Below, one piece after another: positions 6,368 through 8,430 of a DNA stretch of 8,430 nt; position 1 is the stretch's first letter, and each line of letters begins with the position of its first letter. Under the pieces are notes generated by a model. It ran no database searches. It was given only the letters and a program-made list of their open reading frames with translations, and was not told where the DNA came from. A program made the position numbers and the translations under genes. Origin of the DNA: Okeania sp. (GTDB lineage Bacteria > Cyanobacteriota > Cyanobacteriia > Cyanobacteriales > Microcoleaceae); assembly GCF_035285525.1 (NCBI RefSeq), contig NZ_JAYKGW010000032.1, forward strand, positions 1-8,430. The letters run 5' to 3'.

Positions 6368-8430
6368 ATGGAATTTAACTACTATTTACAAGAATTAGAA
6401 CAGAATCTGGAAAAAGGCAGTGAACGTACTCATTATCCTGCTTTGAAAAATCTGATTGAGAGTGAAATTTTAGGAATTAATGCCAATATTGAAGAAACTG
6501 GAAATCAAGCTGGCATTCCAGATTTTACGGTTAGAAAAAATAATAATTTACTTGGTTATATTGAAGCTAAAAAAATTGGTGAAAGTTTAGAGAAAGTTCA
6601 ATCAACTGAACAGTTAAAACGATATTTAGAATCTGCTGTAGGTGAAAATTTTATTTTAACTAATTACTTAGATTTTCGTTGGTATCAAGATGGTAAGTTA
6701 AAAGTTAAGACCAGTTTAGGTAAAGTAGAAAATCAAAAAATTGTTCCGAGCAAGACTTTAGAAAAAACTGCTAAATTAATTCAATCATTTTTAGATTATC
6801 AAGAGAAAGTTATTGCTAACTATAATAATTTGGCTGAACAAATGGCTGCTCAAACTAAGGTTATTCGTTATAGTTTATCGGAAGCTTTAAAAATTGAAAA
6901 TGAAACGGGAGAATTAACTGCACTTAAGCAAGTTTTCCAAGAATTGTTATTGCCAGATTTAGATAATAATAGTTTTGCAGATATGTATGCTCAAACTATT
7001 ACTTATGGATTATTTACTGCCAGAGTCGGTCATGCTCAAAATCCTGGTAATTCTAATTTTAATCGTCAAACAGCGGGTATTTATATTAGTGATAAAATTC
7101 CTTTTTTACAGGGTTTGTTTAGTACGGTTATTGCCACAGACATTGTCAGTAAAATTAACTGGGCGATTGAAATTTTGATAGAAGTTTTGGCAAAAGTTGA
7201 CATTGGCAATATTCTCGAAAATTTTGGTCGCGAGACGAGAAGGGAAGACCCGGTTGTTCATTTTTATGAAACTTTTTTAGCTGCTTATGAAACATCTTTG
7301 AGAAAAAGTCGCGGAGTTTATTATACTCCTGAACCTGTGGTGTCTTTTATCGTCAAAGCAGTTAATCATATTTTAGATAAATACTTTGATTTAGAACATG
7401 GTTTTGGTAGTCGAAAAGTAACAATTTTAGACCCTGCTACGGGTACTGGTACTTTTTTATATCGGGTAATTAAACAAATCTATTTTAACTTTGAGAAATA
7501 TGGTACAAATCGTTGGAATGAGCTGTTAAGAGATTCACAAGTTTTACAGCGGTTATATGGTTTTGAATTATTGATGACTCCCTATGCTATTGCTCATTTA
7601 AAATTGGGGTTATTATTGGAGACTTTAGGTTATCGTTTTGAGGATAAGGAAAGATTAAATATTTTCTTGACTAATGCTTTGGATGAGGGGATAAAAAAGT
7701 CTAGTTTATTATTGGCAGAATATATTTCTGAAGAGGCTAATCAAGCGGCAAAGGTTAAGGAGGAAAAACCGATTTTTGTCGTGTTAGGAAATCCTCCTTA
7801 TTCTGTTAGTTCGCAAAATGTTAGTAAGCGGAAAAGACGACTGGAGGAGGATACTAAATATTTGGCAGATGTTAAATATAATGGTGCGACTTGGGAGAAG
7901 ATTTATAAAATAGGGAAAGCTGGAAAAGAGATAACAGAATTAACTTATATTGGTGAACTTTTAGAAAGATATAAAGGTAGGGTGAGGTTGGAGGGAGAAA
8001 AGAATATTCAACCTCTTGATGATGACTATATTAAATTTATTCGTTTTGCTCACGACCAAATAGAAAAAACTGGGCATGGGGTAATAGGTTTGATTACCAA
8101 TCATTCTTATATTAATGGTTTAATTCATCGGGGGATGAGAGAGGAGTTAATGAAATATTTTGATAGTCTCTATATTATGGATTTACATGGTAATTCTTTA
8201 TTGAAAGAAACGACACCGGATGGAGAAAATGATGAAAATGTTTTTGATATTCAACAAGGTGTGGCAATTTTAATTGCGGTTAGGGAAAAAAGTGAACCTG
8301 ATGCTTTTTCGGTAGTTTATAAAAAGAGAGACGGAGTGAAGTTACCTGCGGATGTTTTTTATTTTGATTTATGGGGAAAAAGGGAAAATAAATATAAATT
8401 TTTAGAGAGTGTAAATTTTCAGGATGTTGA
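6368..8430 (+). CDS. Type IIG/IIL (MmeI-like) single-polypeptide restriction-modification enzyme / N6-adenine DNA methyltransferase; 3' end truncated by the window
   Basis: My own translation from ATG 6368 gives 687 sense codons with no stop, up to the window end. An in-frame TAA at 6332-6334 bounds it upstream. N-terminus GIPDF-x13-YIEAKK (D52 at 6521-6523, E66/K68 at 6563-6571) then ILTNYLDFRWY, which is a PD-(D/E)xK nuclease pattern colinear with the MmeI N-terminus. Methyltransferase motif I ILDPATGTGTFL (7424-7459) and motif IV GNPPY (7787-7801). Downstream blocks DDDYIKFIRFA, ITNHSYINGLIHRGMR, YIMDLHGN and ENVFDIQQGVAI are typical of YeeA / type-ISP-like methyltransferases. Confidence 0.88.
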   Translation, partial: MEFNYYLQELEQNLEKGSERTHYPALKNLIESEILGINANIEETGNQAGIPDFTVRKNNNLLGYIEAKKIGESLEKVQSTEQLKRYLESAVGENFILTNYLDFRWYQDGKLKVKTSLGKVENQKIVPSKTLEKTAKLIQSFLDYQEKVIANYNNLAEQMAAQTKVIRYSLSEALKIENETGELTALKQVFQELLLPDLDNNSFADMYAQTITYGLFTARVGHAQNPGNSNFNRQTAGIYISDKIPFLQGLFSTVIATDIVSKINWAIEILIEVLAKVDIGNILENFGRETRREDPVVHFYETFLAAYETSLRKSRGVYYTPEPVVSFIVKAVNHILDKYFDLEHGFGSRKVTILDPATGTGTFLYRVIKQIYFNFEKYGTNRWNELLRDSQVLQRLYGFELLMTPYAIAHLKLGLLLETLGYRFEDKERLNIFLTNALDEGIKKSSLLLAEYISEEANQAAKVKEEKPIFVVLGNPPYSVSSQNVSKRKRRLEEDTKYLADVKYNGATWEKIYKIGKAGKEITELTYIGELLERYKGRVRLEGEKNIQPLDDDYIKFIRFAHDQIEKTGHGVIGLITNHSYINGLIHRGMREELMKYFDSLYIMDLHGNSLLKETTPDGENDENVFDIQQGVAILIAVREKSEPDAFSVVYKKRDGVKLPADVFYFDLWGKRENKYKFLESVNFQDV

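Noticed and set aside
6975-7178. 67-aa ORF from the track
   Set aside because: It lies wholly inside the 687-codon methyltransferase ORF and out of frame with it. It has a TTG start and a Leu/Ile/Val-rich sequence typical of an off-frame AT-rich reading.

Overview
AT-rich segment that looks cyanobacterial: it has three perfect HIP1 octamers (GCGATCGC) and several heptanucleotide STRR-like tracts of the kind common in filamentous or heterocystous cyanobacteria. The taxon is inference. In order, the window contains: (1) tRNA-Leu(GAG) with a probable intrinsic terminator; (2) a 158-aa Cys-rich hypothetical protein (-); (3) cobU/cobP (-); (4) two unrelated family-2 glycosyltransferases (+) separated by a 693-bp ORF-free AT-only-repeat spacer; (5) a degenerate three-copy tandem repeat with a 43-bp identical core and a hairpin showing a compensatory change; (6) a long ORF from 6368 to the window end (687 codons, no stop). 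That ORF is absent from the supplied track because it runs off the edge. It reads as a single-polypeptide MmeI-like type IIG/IIL restriction-modification enzyme, with an N-terminal PD..EAK nuclease motif followed by a gamma-class N6-adenine methyltransferase (DPATGTGTF, NPPY). By my coordinates, genes cover only about 60% of the window. I cannot show a new system from sequence alone. The best leads are the tandem hairpin modules directly upstream of the R-M gene, the truncated R-M gene itself, and heptamer tracts placed where they could change glycosyltransferase promoter spacing.
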